Notes under the pieces: model-generated
Seen by the model: only the letters and a program-made list of their open reading frames with translations
The model's database searches: none
Told to the model about the DNA's origin: nothing
DNA from: Octopus sinensis
Lineage: Eukaryota
Reading direction: 5' to 3'
Assembly: GCF_006345805.1 (NCBI RefSeq)
Contig: NC_042997.1
Location: forward strand, 129,084,001-129,148,000
Length of the DNA: 64,000 bases
In this document: positions 25,416 through 39,465 of the stretch, in pieces
How positions within the stretch are numbered: the stretch's first letter is position 1
Layout: every line of letters begins with the position of its first letter
Made by a program: the position numbers and the translations under genes

Positions 25416-25799
25416 ACAGAAGTGACAGTGGGGATGGGTAGGGAGTGGTGGAAAAGGGGGAATGTTTTGAGACATGTGTCTCAATAAGATCACAGAACAT
25501 GAGAACTGCATGGCTCAGATGCCATGCAGTGGAACTAAACCCAAGACCACAAGGTTGGGAAACAAGCATTTTAACTACATAGCCAAACCTGCAAGTAATA
25601 GTAACTGATTTCTATCAAATAGCACCCTAAAACCCTACAGGATTAAAAAGGAGAGATACACATTAAATAATAGAATCCTTGATACTCCAAAACAGAGAGA
25701 AAGTTCATGTTGGAATGTCTTTGATCATAAGTCTGCTTGATCAGAGCTAAACCTGGGGCTAGACAACAACAACTACAACACAACAAATATTTAGATTTC

Positions 25800-26008
25800 T
25801 TTTATTTCTTTTACTTGTTTCAGTCATTTGACTGCGGCCATGCTGGAGCACTGCCTTTAGTCAAGCAAATCGACCCCCAGGACTTATTCTTTGTAAGCCT
25901 AGTACTTCTTCTATCAGTCTCTCTTGCCGAACCACTAAGTGACAGGATGTAAACACACCAGCATCGGTTGTCAAGTGATGTTGGGGGGACAAACGCAGAA
26001 ACACAAAC

Positions 26009-26079
<71 letters not shown>

Positions 26080-26250
26080 GATAGGCCTCTTTCAGTTTCC
26101 ATCTACCATATCCACTCACAAGGCTTTGGTCGACGACACTTGCCCAAGGTGCCACAAAGTGGGACTGAACCCAGAACCATGTGGTTGGTAAGCAAGCTAC
26201 TTCCCACACAGCCACTCCTGTGCCTAGCTACTTACCACACAGCCACTCCT
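25800..26250 (-). mobile_element. S1 SINE with expanded (TA)n
   Basis: Collinear with other S1 copies; duplicated 5' head at about 26190-26250. Confidence 0.85.
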
Positions 26251-26709
26251 GCACTTTATATATAACACTTAGCATAGTTATTAATTTGTCAGAGACAAGG
26301 TAACATGTGAAATTGATGTTTAATACTTCAATACAAAATTATATTTAATGAAATGTTGAAACTGACTCATTCTATTTTCAAAACTAATTTATTAATACAC
26401 TCTCTCAGTGAATTTTATTAGTTCTTTATCCTACCACTCACTCAAGCAAGACATGTATGATATCACTAAGTATACAAACAATTTCTTTTTTGTTACCTCT
26501 TGATCCATTCAACTCTGAAATGCAATTAAATTCTAATGAGATTGCCATAAATTATCTTTCTTTAGTTGTGAAGAGCTAAAGAGCCAGTAAAGGAACCTCT
26601 ATGTAGTTGCTTTTCACACTAGCAATAGCAACCAAATCTCCCTCAAATTATATCCTGCTGTTTTTTTTTCTTCTCTTTTTGATCAATATTGTATATAGTT
26701 GTGTATAGA

Positions 26710-26930
26710 TATAAGGCAGTGAGCTGACAGAACCATGAGCATGCCAAACAAAATGCTTAATAGCAATTTGTCCATCTTTATGTTCTGAGTTCAAATTCCA
26801 CCAAGATCAACTTCACCTTTTGTCCTTTCCGAGGTCAATAAAGTAAGTACCAGTTGAACTCTGGGATCAATTTAATCAACTTAACTCCTTTTCCAAAATT
26901 GCTGGCCTTGTGCCAAAATTTGAAATCATT
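26710..26930 (+). mobile_element. tRNA-derived SINE (family S2)
   Basis: AAGGCAGTGAGCTGACAGAA..GAGTTCAAATTCC..CCTTTCCGAGGTCAATAAAGTAAGTACCAG. Confidence 0.75.
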
Positions 26931-27223
26931 ATTATATATACATACAAAAGCCATGATCTATATTATATATAGATATAAAAGAAGACTGGTTAGCACAGGC
27001 TGGAGCACCTTTAATCATGTTTGTTTGATCTAGGCTGACCTGGGATTAAGCAACAACAATAGGTGCAGGTATAGCTCTGTAATTAAGGTGTTGCTTCACA
27101 ACCATATGGTTCCAGATTCAGTCTCAATATGTGGAATTCTGAGGCAAGTATCTTCTGTCATAATCTTGAGTGGAAGTTAGTAGGAAGAAATCGTGAGAAA
27201 AACCTCCCTATATATTGCATATA

Positions 27224-27547
27224 CAGTGGCAGACTGGCCATCTTGCCCAATGGCAATTGGGCCTCTGTGCCATTAGAATCCATATATGGGGGCCCATGTT
27301 AGTATCTAAGGAGCCTGTTCCCTCAAGTTTGAGAATCTTTTATTCACTCCTAGAAGAATGCATTATTTCAGCTTGGCTGTGTTTGTAAACAGTTGAAAAG
27401 AATATTTTTAACAAAAAAAAAAAATTAAATGATAGCATTGTAGTTATGGGTGGGTTCCCTTATAGTTGCAGGTGAGCCCCTTTATAGTTTCAGGTGGGCC
27501 TCCTTAGTCTCTTGGCAACCAATGTTTTTAGACCCAGTCTGCCACTG
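27224..27547. mobile_element. hAT-type MITE with 8-bp TSD, inserted in a degenerate SINE
   Basis: Perfect 14-bp TIR CAGTGGCAGACTGG; TSD TGCATATA at 27216-23 and 27548-55. Confidence 0.9.
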
Positions 27548-28811
27548 TGCATATACATGTGTTTGTGTGGATACCTGTGTGAGAGAGTGTGTGTGTACAG
27601 CATAATCCTGTGTGTTGTAAAGGTTAACTGAAAGGGTTCATCTCAAGAAGGACAGCCAGCCATAAAACATTACTACAAAAATCCTAACTTGTGCTTCAAT
27701 GTGCAGCCAATGGATGAAAAGCAATGATGTGTACAAGATTCACTGACATATATTAACAAGAAAACTGAAACTCAAGTGCTTTCAAACGAAAGTTCCTCGT
27801 GATATTTGTTCCACCCAAGTTGCCCAACACTTCCTTGTTACTCCTGACACCATAAATGCCATAAAGCAGTGATAGGCTCATTGAAGCCAGTAACTAACAA
27901 TACTCTTGCTCGCAAAATGTGATATATAATAAATGTAGAGCTGATACTATAGCTATTGTACTTATATTAACATATACGCTTCTTTATATTGTAGGAAATA
28001 AGATACACAAAGTTGGTTGTATGTAAGGGGGTGACACCAGACAGAAATTTACGATGAAGTAATTGCTGGATACACAATCTTTATAAACAGTTGTAAGATG
28101 GTGGAATAGACATGAGAATTGTGTTGGTTTTAACATTCTTAAGATTTAAAATATAGAGAAATATCTTCCAAACTATTTACTATTCTATTGACTTTAGTCG
28201 TTCTTTCTTACCACACCTTGCTTTCATCTAAAAGCCAGTTAATCTCAAGTACTTTGATTCCAGCACAATTCCTGCTCTCTTTCCAGCAAATTGATGTGAA
28301 AGTCTTTGTCTTCAAAGCCAGCATCATGACAATGGTATTAAAGGAATGTTTGAAACACGCACGCACACACAGACACTCATTCTTACACATATTCACTCAT
28401 ACACACATATTCATACAACCACATGATCGTACTTGCACATACACACCCACATAGCCATAGCCAAACACAGTCACTGGAAGAAAATAAACCAAGTGTCATG
28501 ATTTCAGTTATTAAAAATACATAAAAAAAAAAAAGTAAAATAAGAAAGAAACCTGACTTCTGTCTGTCATTGATGATTGTTGCTGACGTTACTGAGATTG
28601 CACACTTTGGTGCACACACACTGTTTCTTAGTTTATTCCCACCAACATATTACTATCATTGACTCAGAGAAGAAAAATAGTTTCTCTCCTCTACCATTTT
28701 ACAATCATTGATCCATGAGCCAGCAAGGAAGCCTCAACCAGCAAGAAATAGCGGTTAAATTTTCTCAAATCACACTATCACCTTAGAAAGAACAAAGTCC
28801 TTTTATTCCTA

Positions 28812-29203
28812 ATTAGCAGTATCACCCGGTGTTGCTCGGGTTTGTTTTGAGCCTTTAGAATTGGAATTTTTGAAAAGTAAAAATTTTGCATTATGTAGCT
28901 TGTTATTCTCTTTAAGTGAACATTTTTCTGGTTGAAATACACCAAAAAATGGTGACACAGCAATAAAAAAATTGTAAAAAATAGAGATTTTCAGAGAAAA
29001 AAAGCACCTTTTTGATGTAAATAACTTTTGGTGTTAACATGGTCCAATTTGAATTTTTTCTTCTACAGAAGGTAGAGCAAGCCTTCTATCATACTCTCAA
29101 TTTTGGTCAACTTGCACCACAGGATCTCAAAGGAGATAGTGTTAGTTGAAGGCTACCAAACCTGCCATACACAGACAACTTCAGCTTTATATATAGAGAG
29201 ATT
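28812..29203 (+). mobile_element. Non-autonomous Helitron/Helentron-like element
   Basis: ATTAGCAGTATCACCCGGTGTTGCTCGGG start; CAGCTTTATATATAGAGAGATT end. Confidence 0.55.
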
Positions 29204-30231
29204 ACTGTTTAATGCTGATATTGGTATATTTATCCTGACCAGGATGTCCAATAGCACAACTCAGTCACTGACATCAACTGTTTTTTAGTTAAAACTACAG
29301 CTTTGAATCTGCCTAAGGTTATCTCTCTTTGGTATTTCCCATTAAAGAAGGTTAAAGAGCTAGAAATATGTGTTAGGAGGCAGCTCTGGGCAGATATGGT
29401 GTTTTACACCTTTTACCCGAAGAGAATTTTTTTCTCCCTGGTGACTGCAAAACATGATTAAAGCAAAATTAACAGAACAAGAAATAGTTTTTAAAAATTA
29501 TTGAAATTTCAAGGATGTAAGATATTTTTGGCATAAAATTTATTTATCACTTGACATTGCTTGCTAGCTATAGATAATGTACTTTTAAATTCCACCCACC
29601 ACCCACAGCTCTCTCCTATTTCCTTCATTCTCTCTTCTAACTGTTATTCTCCATTGATCATGCTTCCACCTGCATCTCCATTCACTGACTTCACTTCTAT
29701 CCCAATGTCTAGCCATCTGTCATGCTTCTTTCACACCCTTGCAAACTTGCCTTCCCACTCACCCTTTCTAATCCTCTGTCTTATATTCAAGCTGAGAGAT
29801 AAGAAATATTTCATAATCAATAGATGCACACAAGGAGCTAACAGTTGCAACATCCAAGAAAAAATGTCTCTTAATTACCTTGAAGGCAATTAGAAATTAT
29901 TGAAATTGTCTGTTACCCAGGTGACCTAATTAACAAGGGAGGTGGGTGTTCCATTCCAAAGCATAGTAACAGAGTAAAGACGGTAAAATAGGGTGGAAAA
30001 TATTCAAAGGGATATTACCTCTGTTAACAACAAAGGCTACTTCATTGGATCATATTTATATATATATATACACATGTATATATTAGAATATTGCATATAT
30101 TCCATTATGCCTATAAAACAGATTTACGAATTCAATACCCATACATATCGTATATCTATTTTCTTTCCTCCATCTCACTCTCTATTTGTATCACATCGAA
30201 ACTAACTATGACTTAATTTTGCCTCTCACAC

Positions 30232-30285
30232 CGTCTCCGATGAAGGGATATTATTAATTAATATCCTAGAAACAGCTGTAAGAGC
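30232..30285 (+). ncRNA. Minimal hammerhead-ribozyme-like motif (Penelope pLTR type)
   Basis: TCT-CCGATGA, stem II GGATATT/AATATCC, GAAA, palindromic ACAGCTGT, GTA cleavage triplet, AGA pairing with TCT; U4C deviation in the core. Confidence 0.55.
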
Positions 30286-30899
30286 TTCTATCTATAAATG
30301 CTCTAATATCTATACAGCCTTGGTTTTTTATCTCATTACACAAAATATTCTTATATACATGTATATTATCATTTCCTCATCATCGTCGTCATTTTAATGT
30401 CCACTTTTCCACACTGTATTGGTCAGATGAGACTATGTTGAAGCAGATTTTTCCTATAACTAGATACCCTTCCTGATACTAACCTTTACCTGTTCCAAGC
30501 AAGACAATAATCTCCAGTCTGGGCTGTTCAAACAATGAACAGCCTAGACATGGTTACACACAGAAATGGAAACAACTGACACAATTTGAATGAGCCATTT
30601 GTTTACAAAGATCATACATTTTGTCAAGAAGCCCAAATATGCTTCCATGGTGGAATGCAAGCAAAGACATCAACAAGGAAGCCTCTACATGATTGCTCAA
30701 CCTGTTAGAAATAGCAACCAAATCTTTATCAAATCATATCCTTTAGTCTCTTTATATAAAAAGAAAACTGGATAATGTAGCCCTAGATGCATTGTGTTTC
30801 AATAAAAGATGGAATGATTAAGGCGAATGAGTTTTTTGGCCATAGGCTTGTTTGATCAGGGCTGACCTGGGTCTAAGCAATAACAAAGGATTCTCACTT

Positions 30900-31320
30900 C
30901 ACATGAAGGGCTGACTGTATAGTGTTTGTCTGTGAAGTACAATATTGCATGATAGCGAGATATGGCTGCTGAATGTGGAGGATATGCTGAGGCAGGACAG
31001 AAATATGAGCCTGCCTAGATGGATGTGTAATATCAGCATGCATGAAGAACAGAGAAGAAATGTGATAAGAGAAAACCTGAGCATCAGAGGTGATGGTACA
31101 GACATGTAATACATATGAAGAATAATAGTTGGGTGAAAAGCTCAAATAATTCATGTAGGAGTCTGTGAAAAATAAAGACCAAAGAAGACGTGAACAGGAT
31201 GCTGAATCACACCAAAGAAACAATGAAGGATCTCAACAAGTGGAGAGACATTGTTTTGAAACTAACCATCCAGCATAGAATCACAAATGTAAAAATAATG
31301 ATGGTACCAATGATGATGAT
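30900..31320 (+). mobile_element. Highly degenerate RTE 3' fragment
   Basis: GATGGATGTGTAATATCAGC (RWMCN) motif and TGATGATGAT tail. Confidence 0.55.
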
Positions 31321-31839
31321 ATAAGCTAACAAGAGAGATATTTTATTGATTTTAATTGAATTCCCATCAGGAAATTATTGATAACTTAGTTTGAAATTTT
31401 TTTTTTAACTAATCCATTTCCATTAATTCATGAATCTTTCATCATGAAATTACATAGATACATCACTTGTTAAATAAGCCAGACATTTTATAAACAGTTA
31501 GTTGTTTTTGTCTCTCTCACCAAATGTAAACTGTTTTTATAGCAATATTAAATTATTGTAGGAGTATTTGGTGTTGTTGTTGTAGAAAGTATTTTCTGAA
31601 AACTTAGTTCTGTTACAAGTAGTTATCACAGTTTTAATACCATTTGACTTGCTGCCAATAACAATTTATTCAACTTTTATGCCAGGACCTAATCAGAAAC
31701 ACCAGCCAGAAAATTATTTCTTTCAACACTGGGTTGAAAGAAACTTGTTTCACAACAGAAAATCAATATTGAAAATTTCCATGAGAGTGTTTGCAACAAC
31801 ATCAACAACAACAATAACAATGATAATTTCCAACATAGG

Positions 31840-33782
31840 CACAAGGTTAGAAATTGAGGGCTGATGAACAGATAATTATATTGATTGCAGTACTTGACTG
31901 GTAATTATTTTATCAACCTCAGAAATTTAAAAGCAAAGTTGGTCATGGCAAAATTTGAACTAAAAATGTAAAGGGCCATAACTAAATACCACAAGCATTT
32001 TGTTTTTTGTTGTAATGACGCCACCATAATTAAAGTTTCTTACAAGATTCTTCAATAATTAAAATAATGATTGCCACAAGAATGACAAATTGAATGATTA
32101 TAACAAAGGCTACTTACTAAACAATTAATACAAATTATCCAGTGGGTAATAATTTTCCTGAGTTAGGCACAAAGCCAGCAATGTTCAGGTGAAGGGTTAA
32201 TCAGTACCATCAATGCCAGTACTTTAGCATTTTACTTTATCAACCACAGAGAGATGAAAGGTAAATTTACCCTCAGTAGGATTTGAATTCAGAAAGTAAA
32301 GAACCAGAAAGCATTTTTCCAATGCTCTAATCATTCAGCCAGCCCATAACCCTAATAAAACAAGTTATAATGGTTTTTAGAAGGGGGTTAGTCAATTACA
32401 TTGCCCCAATACTTAACTGGTGCTTTATTGACTCCAAAAGGATAAAAAAAGCAGCCTTAACTTCAATGGGATTTGAACTCAGAATAAGATTAATAATAGC
32501 AAACACAACATAGCTGTGTGGTTAAGAAGTTTACTTTGCAACCCTAGAATTCCAGGTTCAGTCATGCTAACCTTGGCACCTAGGCTTCAGATTGACAAGT
32601 TATTCAATCCATACTACCATGGAAAAATGAACATATAGGTGCAGGTGTGGTTGTGAGGTAAGAAGTTTGCTTCTCAACTACATTGTTACAGGTTCAGTCC
32701 CACTGTGTGGCACCTTGGGAAGTGTTTTCTACTATAACCTCAGGTCAACCAAAGTCTTGTGAGAGGATTTGGTTAATATGTTTGTTTAGTTCCATGTAAC
32801 TTAGAAGTTTAGCATAAGAGACAGGTAGAATAAATACCAAGCTTAAAAATAAGTATTTGGTCAATTCATTTGAATAAAACCCTTCAATGTGGTACCCCAG
32901 TATGGCCACAGTCCAGTGACTGAGACAAGTAAAAGATAAAATGATGAAGATGATAACAGCAAATGTTTACATCAAATAAATAAATTTTAATATCTTAAGT
33001 GGAATATTTTCTCAGGAATTCTATGACTTTCTCAGGAATTCTAGACTTTGCTGTGTAAATACAATGACATCAGAAGTGCTTACAGTGACAGACAAAGATG
33101 ACAAGCTGATAGAATTGCTACTGCACTCTGGTGCAGTAGAATGCTTAGCAGCAATTCTTCCAGCTTTACATTCTGAGTTCAAATGCTGCTGGGGTTGATT
33201 TTGCCTTTCATCCTCTCAGGGTCAATAAAATATGTACAAATTTAGTACTGGGGTTGATGTAATCAACTTATCCCCACCGTCAAAATTGATGGTCTTGTAC
33301 CAAAATCTAAAACCAATATTTAGTGGTGGTTCTTTACACATTGAGTTCAAATCCAGCCAAGGTCAATTTTGTCTTTCATCCTCCGTAGATCAATAAAATG
33401 TAGTATCAGTCAAGTATTGCAGTTGATTCAATTCTATGAATTATTATATTAGTAAAATACTAATAATTGATCAATATAGAGTGAATCAAGTTTTGAAGTT
33501 GATTTAATATTCTATGTAGCAAATATAGTATTAATAGGCCTATAATGGTAGACTAATATTGTATCACTAAAGTATTGAGGCTTCTTTAAATTTTTTTTTC
33601 TTTCTTTCTTCTTTCATGCATGGTTGTGTGGTAAGAAGCTTGCTTCCCAACTACATCATGGTTCTTGGTTCAGTCCCACTGCATGGAACCTTGGGCAGGT
33701 GTCTTCTACTATAGCTTCAGGTTGACCAAAGGCTTGTGAATGAATTTGGTAGAGGGAAACTGAATGAAGCCTATTGTATGTA

Positions 33783-33840
<58 letters not shown>
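31840..33840. repeat. Cluster of old S1/S2 SINE fragments in both orientations
   Basis: Repeated GAGTTCAAAT/ATTTGAACTC, CCTTTCATCC and CACCTTGGG motifs; (TA)n at about 33795-33840. Confidence 0.65.
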
Positions 33841-33843
<3 letters not shown>

Positions 33844-33949
33844 CCTTCCATATCAGCTAACTCTGGTGAGCATAAAGTTATATAATGGTATTGTTACCTA
33901 ACATTCCACTGTATTCATTATGCGAAACCGATTGGTAAGATCAGCCGAA

Positions 33950-36125
33950 ATGGATCATCATCATCATCATCATCATCGTTTAATGTCCGCTTTCCATGCT
34001 GGCATGGGTAGGACAATTTTACTGAAGACTGGCAAACAAGATGGCTGCACCAGGCTCCAATCTGATCTGGCAGAGTTTCTACAGCTGGATGTCCTTCCTA
34101 ACATCAACCACTCTGAGAGTGTAGTGGGTGATTTTGCATGCCACCGGCACAAGGGCCAATCAGGCGGTACTGGCAACAGCCACGCACAAATGGTGTTTTT
34201 ACGTGCCACCTGCACAGGAGCCAGACCAGCTGCACTGGCAATGACCTCACTTGAATAATTTTTCGTGTGCCACCAGCACAAGTGACAGTAAGGTGACGCA
34301 GGTAACGATCACACTCGAATGGTGGTTTTTACGAGCAACTGGCACAGAAGCCAGTCAATTGCTCTGGCAATGATCACGCTCAGATGGTGCTCTTAGCGCT
34401 CCACTTGCACTGATGCCAATCATCGAATTTGATATGATTTTGAGTTCACTTGCCTCAACAGGTCTTCGCAAGCAGAGTTTAGTGTGCAATGAAGAAAAGG
34501 TATGCATAAGTGGGCTGGTTACACCCCTGGCATAGGCCACGGGTTATGGTCTCACTTGGCGTGCCAGGTCTTCTCAAGCACAGCATATTTCCAGAGGTCT
34601 CAGTCATTAGTCATTGCCTCAGTGAGGCCTAATGTTCAAAGATCAGGCTTCACAACCTCATCCAAGTTCCCTGAACCGCTAGGGTGTAGCACTTTTTCAC
34701 ACAGCTATCCTCATCCATTCTCACCACATGGCCATACCAGCGCAGTCGTCTCTCTTGCACACCACATCTGATGATTCTTAGGTCCAACTTTTCTCTCATG
34801 GTACTTACACTCTGTCAAGTATGCACACTGACATTACACATCCATCGGATCATACTGGCTTCATTCCTTGCAAGCTTACGCATGTCCTCAGCAGTCACAG
34901 CCCATGTTTCACTGCCATGTAGCATGGCTGTTTATGCACATGCATCATACAGTCTACCTTTTACTTTGTCACTAGCAGAGGTAAGAGCTCTCTGAATTTT
35001 GCCCAGGCTATTCTTATTCTAGAAGCTACACTTTCAGTGCACCCAGCCCTGCTATTAACTTGGTCACCTAGGTAACAGAAGCTGTCAACTACTTATAAGT
35101 TTTTCTCCCTGGAATGTGGCAGAAGTTGTTCTCTGCACATTTTCAGTGTTTATTGCTCCTGAGCATCTGCCACATACAAAAACTATCTTCCTAGTTAGCC
35201 TTCCTTTGATATTGCTGCACCTCTTACATATCCATAGCTTACACTGGGTACATCTTATGGAGTTTCTACCTACACCTTTTCTACAGATCATGAAGGGTCA
35301 TCAACCTGAAGGAATTTATGGTTTATCTGCCTTCCTACTTATTAGGACTTTGGTTTTAGCTAGGTTGACTCTAAGGCCCTTCGATTCTAATCCTTGTTTC
35401 CACACCTGAAACTTCTTCTCTAGTTCTGATTGTGACTCAGCAATTAGAGCAAGGTCATCAGCATAGAGGAGCTCCCAGGGACATCCTGTCTTGAATTCAT
35501 CTGTTATTGCCTGGAGGACTATGATAAATGGAAGGGGGCTGAGGACTGAACCTTGGTGGACCCCTACCTTTACCCGGAATTCTTCACTGTACTCATTGCC
35601 AACCCTCACCTTACTGACAGTGTCCCTGTAACATGGCTTGCACAGCTCTCACTAACCATTCATCTATCCTTAGTTTCCTCATTGACTACCAGATAAGGGA
35701 TTAGGAGGACCCTATCAAAGGCTTTCTCCATGTCAACGAAAGCCAGGTACAGAGGTTTATCTTTGGCTAGGTATTTCTCCTGCAGCTGTCTTACCAGAAA
35801 TATAGCATCAGAGGCGCTTTTCCCTGGCATGAACCCAAACTGCATCTCATCTAAACTGACTCTCCCTAATTAGTTGGGCTATGACCCTCTCCGTGACCTT
35901 CATTACCTGATCCAACAACTTGATACCTCTTTAATTATTTGTATCTAAAGCGTCACCTTTACTTTGTAGCAGTTGACTATGGTGCTGCTACACCAGTCAT
36001 TGAATATGACTTCTTCATGTATCACCTGGTTAACTATATGGGTGACTAGGCTATAGCCAACACCGCAAGATATTTTGAGCATCTCTGCAGTGATTCCATC
36101 TCTCCATCCCATTTTTCCACTAGCT
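33950..36125 (-). mobile_element. 5'-truncated RTE-clade LINE
   Basis: Minus-strand ORFs with QFGFMPGKSASDAIFLVRQLQEKY, VDMEKAFDRV, GVHQGSVLSPL, LLYADDL; (CAT)n tail near 33955. Confidence 0.92.
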
Positions 36126-36358
36126 CCCATTACCTTGCCTCTTTTTCTTTTCTTTTTCTCAACCACTTCTCTTTCTTACCCCTCCTATACTTTTCTTCAA
36201 ATGAAGGACTAAAATCCAAAACTTTAGGAATTTTTCCCTTCCTTTTAAGTGTTTTGTTAAAACTTGTTCCTCCTGTGTTGTCTCTTCTTTTTGTTTACTG
36301 TTTTTGCAACTGATTTATTATTCCAAAAGTTTATAAGGTGAACTTCTTAACCATACAG

Positions 36359-36445
36359 CCATGTTTGTGTGTGGAGGGGGAGGCCTTTGGAAGAGGAATA
36401 TCAAGAATACTGAAGGAAGAAGTAGCAAAGGTTGATCTTGTGCTG
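36359..36445 (+). CDS. Candidate 87-nt phase 0-0 exon, product unidentified
   Basis: Branch-like CTTAAC then catacag|; open frame PCLCVEGEAFGRGISRILKEEVAKVDLVL; strong donor CTG|gtgagc. Confidence 0.3.
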
Positions 36446-37879
36446 GTGAGCTTCAAAAAGAAAATGATGAAACCACAGCAAGAAGCTATGCTGGAGAGAA
36501 TACATCTTCCAACCCATGAGAGCATGGAAAAATAGATGTAAAAATGACAGAATTTCCATCACCTAGATATCACTCACAAGGCATTGATCAACCTGAGTAG
36601 AAGACATATGCCTATGGTGGCATGCAGTGGAATTGAACTAGGAACTAGGTGATTGCAAAGCAAACATCTTAACCACCTAACCTACATTTACTTGTAACCA
36701 CTAAAAATGTAAGAAATTTCAATTCCAATCACAGACACACCTAGAAAAACTGTACTATGAACATTTATGTACATTTAGTGGGAAATATGATATACAAACT
36801 TTAAATGTGACATACATTAAGTACATTTTATATATACACACACACACGCATACAGAAAGTCGTATAAGCACATATATGCATGCATTTATATACATGAAGG
36901 GACCTCTATGTAGCGTCCAAATTGCTAGAAGTAGTAACCAAATCTCTTTCAAATTACACCTTATGATCTTAAAAAGGAAAGAACACTTTGGATAATGTAA
37001 TCAGAGATGCAAACTTCTAAAAAAAAAAGAAAGAAAGAAAGAAAGGATACTCAAGGCTAGAAAGCTTTTGGTCAGAACCAGAACAATCTGGAATTAAAGA
37101 ACAACAATGTATATGTTATTGTCTTGTAATTAAAGAAGAATAAAAATGTCCATTTTACATCTGCTGTAATATTTTCCCTACTAAACCATTAGAATAAGAT
37201 TTAGGTTTTTGTACAATTACATTATGCAACAGAAATAATATTTAGAATTTATTTCAAACTGTAATTTTTCTCCTATTCACACCCATTCACCCACTCCTGC
37301 CAACATAACTCACTTCATAGTTCTGTATTTCAATATATCACATAGTAATTAACACTCGGGTGCTATATTAACCAGAGATTAAATAAACACTTTAACCCTA
37401 CACTCAGGTGTGTAACTATATAACAAAACATTTAGATACAGACAGCTGAGCAATTCAGAAGTCTACTTTCCAGTCATGAGGTTCTAGGTTCAGTTTCACT
37501 GTGTGACATCTTGAAATAACATGTCTATTCCATAACCTCAGGTCAACCCAAGCCTTGTAAGGGAAATTGAATAAATGGAAGCTGTATAGAAACTTGTTAG
37601 ATTTTACCAGTAATTCAAAGGTCAAACCTTATCACAGACATGTTGCATCATGTGATTTAACTTGGGAATTCTGTTAAGGATACGTATTTCTGTGAAATGA
37701 TCAACCACTTGGGCATTAATTTAAGAAACTGGACATTCTACTGGTCAAACAACTGAAAATGCATTAACAAAACTGACACATGAAGATCTGTCATAATAAA
37801 ACAAACTTTAACCATAACAACATTAAATCAGATACAAGTACTTAAGGTTGCTGCAAAACAATGTTGTTTGTTCCTTCTC

Positions 37880-38160
37880 GACCCATCCCTGGCACATTAG
37901 GGCTGGTTTCCTGGTTTCCTTGGCATATAGGTTTCCCACTTGGATGGGATGCTGGTTCATCACAGGTGAGCTGCTAGATGCTGGAGGAAACAGTGAGAGA
38001 AAGTTGTGGCAAAAGAGTCAGCAGAAGTTCGCCATTACCTTCTGCCGGAGCCATGTGGAGCTTAGGTGTTTCACTCATAAACACACACATCGCCCAATCT
38101 GAGATGCAAACCCACGATCCCTCGACTGTGAGTCTGCTGCTCTAACCACTAGGCCATTGC
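37880..38160 (-). mobile_element. Degenerate S3 SINE
   Basis: Similar to 5612-5911 (GTGAGAGAAAGTTGTGGC..CTAACCACT). Confidence 0.7.
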
Positions 38161-38499
38161 AAGACAATAGGGTAATAGAAAACAAAGAAGTGAGAAACTC
38201 TTCAAAGAGTATAACAGAAGGAAAAGGAAGACGCATGAAACAAAACCAAATAGACAGAATGTTGTCAAGACAGTGAATATATGGATCATGCTAGTATTAG
38301 GATATTCCACTCCTTTTCTAAAATAGACAAAGATAGAGCTACTGGAATTAGAACTAGGGAGGTGATCACAATGCAAAATGTAAACTACCCTAAAATTAGT
38401 ATCAATATACTCTACCTTCAAAAAAGGAAGAAATTTGTAAAATGCAGATGTGCTATTGGGTTTAAAAAACCATGCTGCACTGAGTGAAGAAAGAATACT

Positions 38500-39465
38500 G
38501 TCTACACCTAGAAATATAAAAATATTACTGAAACAATGGAAGAGTTCAAGAACAGAATGAAGAATGACAGAACAAATAGCTAGAAAGAGAATTTATACAA
38601 TAAACTGAGGATGTTGGAAGTAAAGTTGTGGCTGACAGATAGCAATCTGAAATGAGAAACTGAATCACTAACTATTGCTGTTGCTCAGGAACATGCTATT
38701 AGAACAAACTTGATAAAGACAAAGAATGATAAAAATCAGAGAGCAAGCACATAATCTGTGGAAAAGAATTATCTCTTAAGTGAATGCAGTGAACTAACAC
38801 AGAATGAGTACTAGTGCAGGCATGACTGTGTCTATAAAAGAATGCACTGAAATGCTAACCAAGTGTGTAGATTCAAAGTTACAAAAAAGTGGTATAAACA
38901 TGAGCCAGAGGTTGGAATGATGATTGATAAATGCGAGATTTTATAGGAATAAGGCAGCAAGCTGGCAGAAATGTTAGCATACCGGGCGAAATGCTTAACG
39001 GTATTTCATCAGCCATTACGTTCTGAGTTCAATTTCTGCCGAGGTCGATTTTGCCTTTCATCCTTTCAGGGTCGATAAATTAAGTACCAGTTGCATACTG
39101 GGGTCGATGTAATCAACTTAATCCCTTTGTTTGTCCCCTCTATGTTTAGCCCCTTGTAGGTAATAAAGAAATAAGATTTTATGGGATTTCTCCATAAAGC
39201 CTGATCTTACAATTGAAGCAATGAGATATGATTGTAGGGAGCAAGAATAAAAGTGTAAGATCATATATTAGAACCAAGCCAGAGAAATAAAGAAATTGTT
39301 GGCAACAAAGATGACAATTGTGCATTAAGGACAACACCAAAATTACTACCTAAGAAGTTGAAGGATACTGGAATTAAAGCATGCATTATTGACTTGCAGA
39401 AAAGATTCATTCTGTAATGTGTAGGAATCCTAAGAAAGATTCTTGAGATCTGAGGAGACTTGATA
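38500..39465 (+). mobile_element. Degenerate R4/Dong-like 3' part with an S2 SINE at about 38950-39172
   Basis: ETESL..AQEHAIRTN, EILWDF split by the SINE with AGATTTTAT(A/G)GGA duplication, LQKRFIL..ILRKILEI*. Confidence 0.75.
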
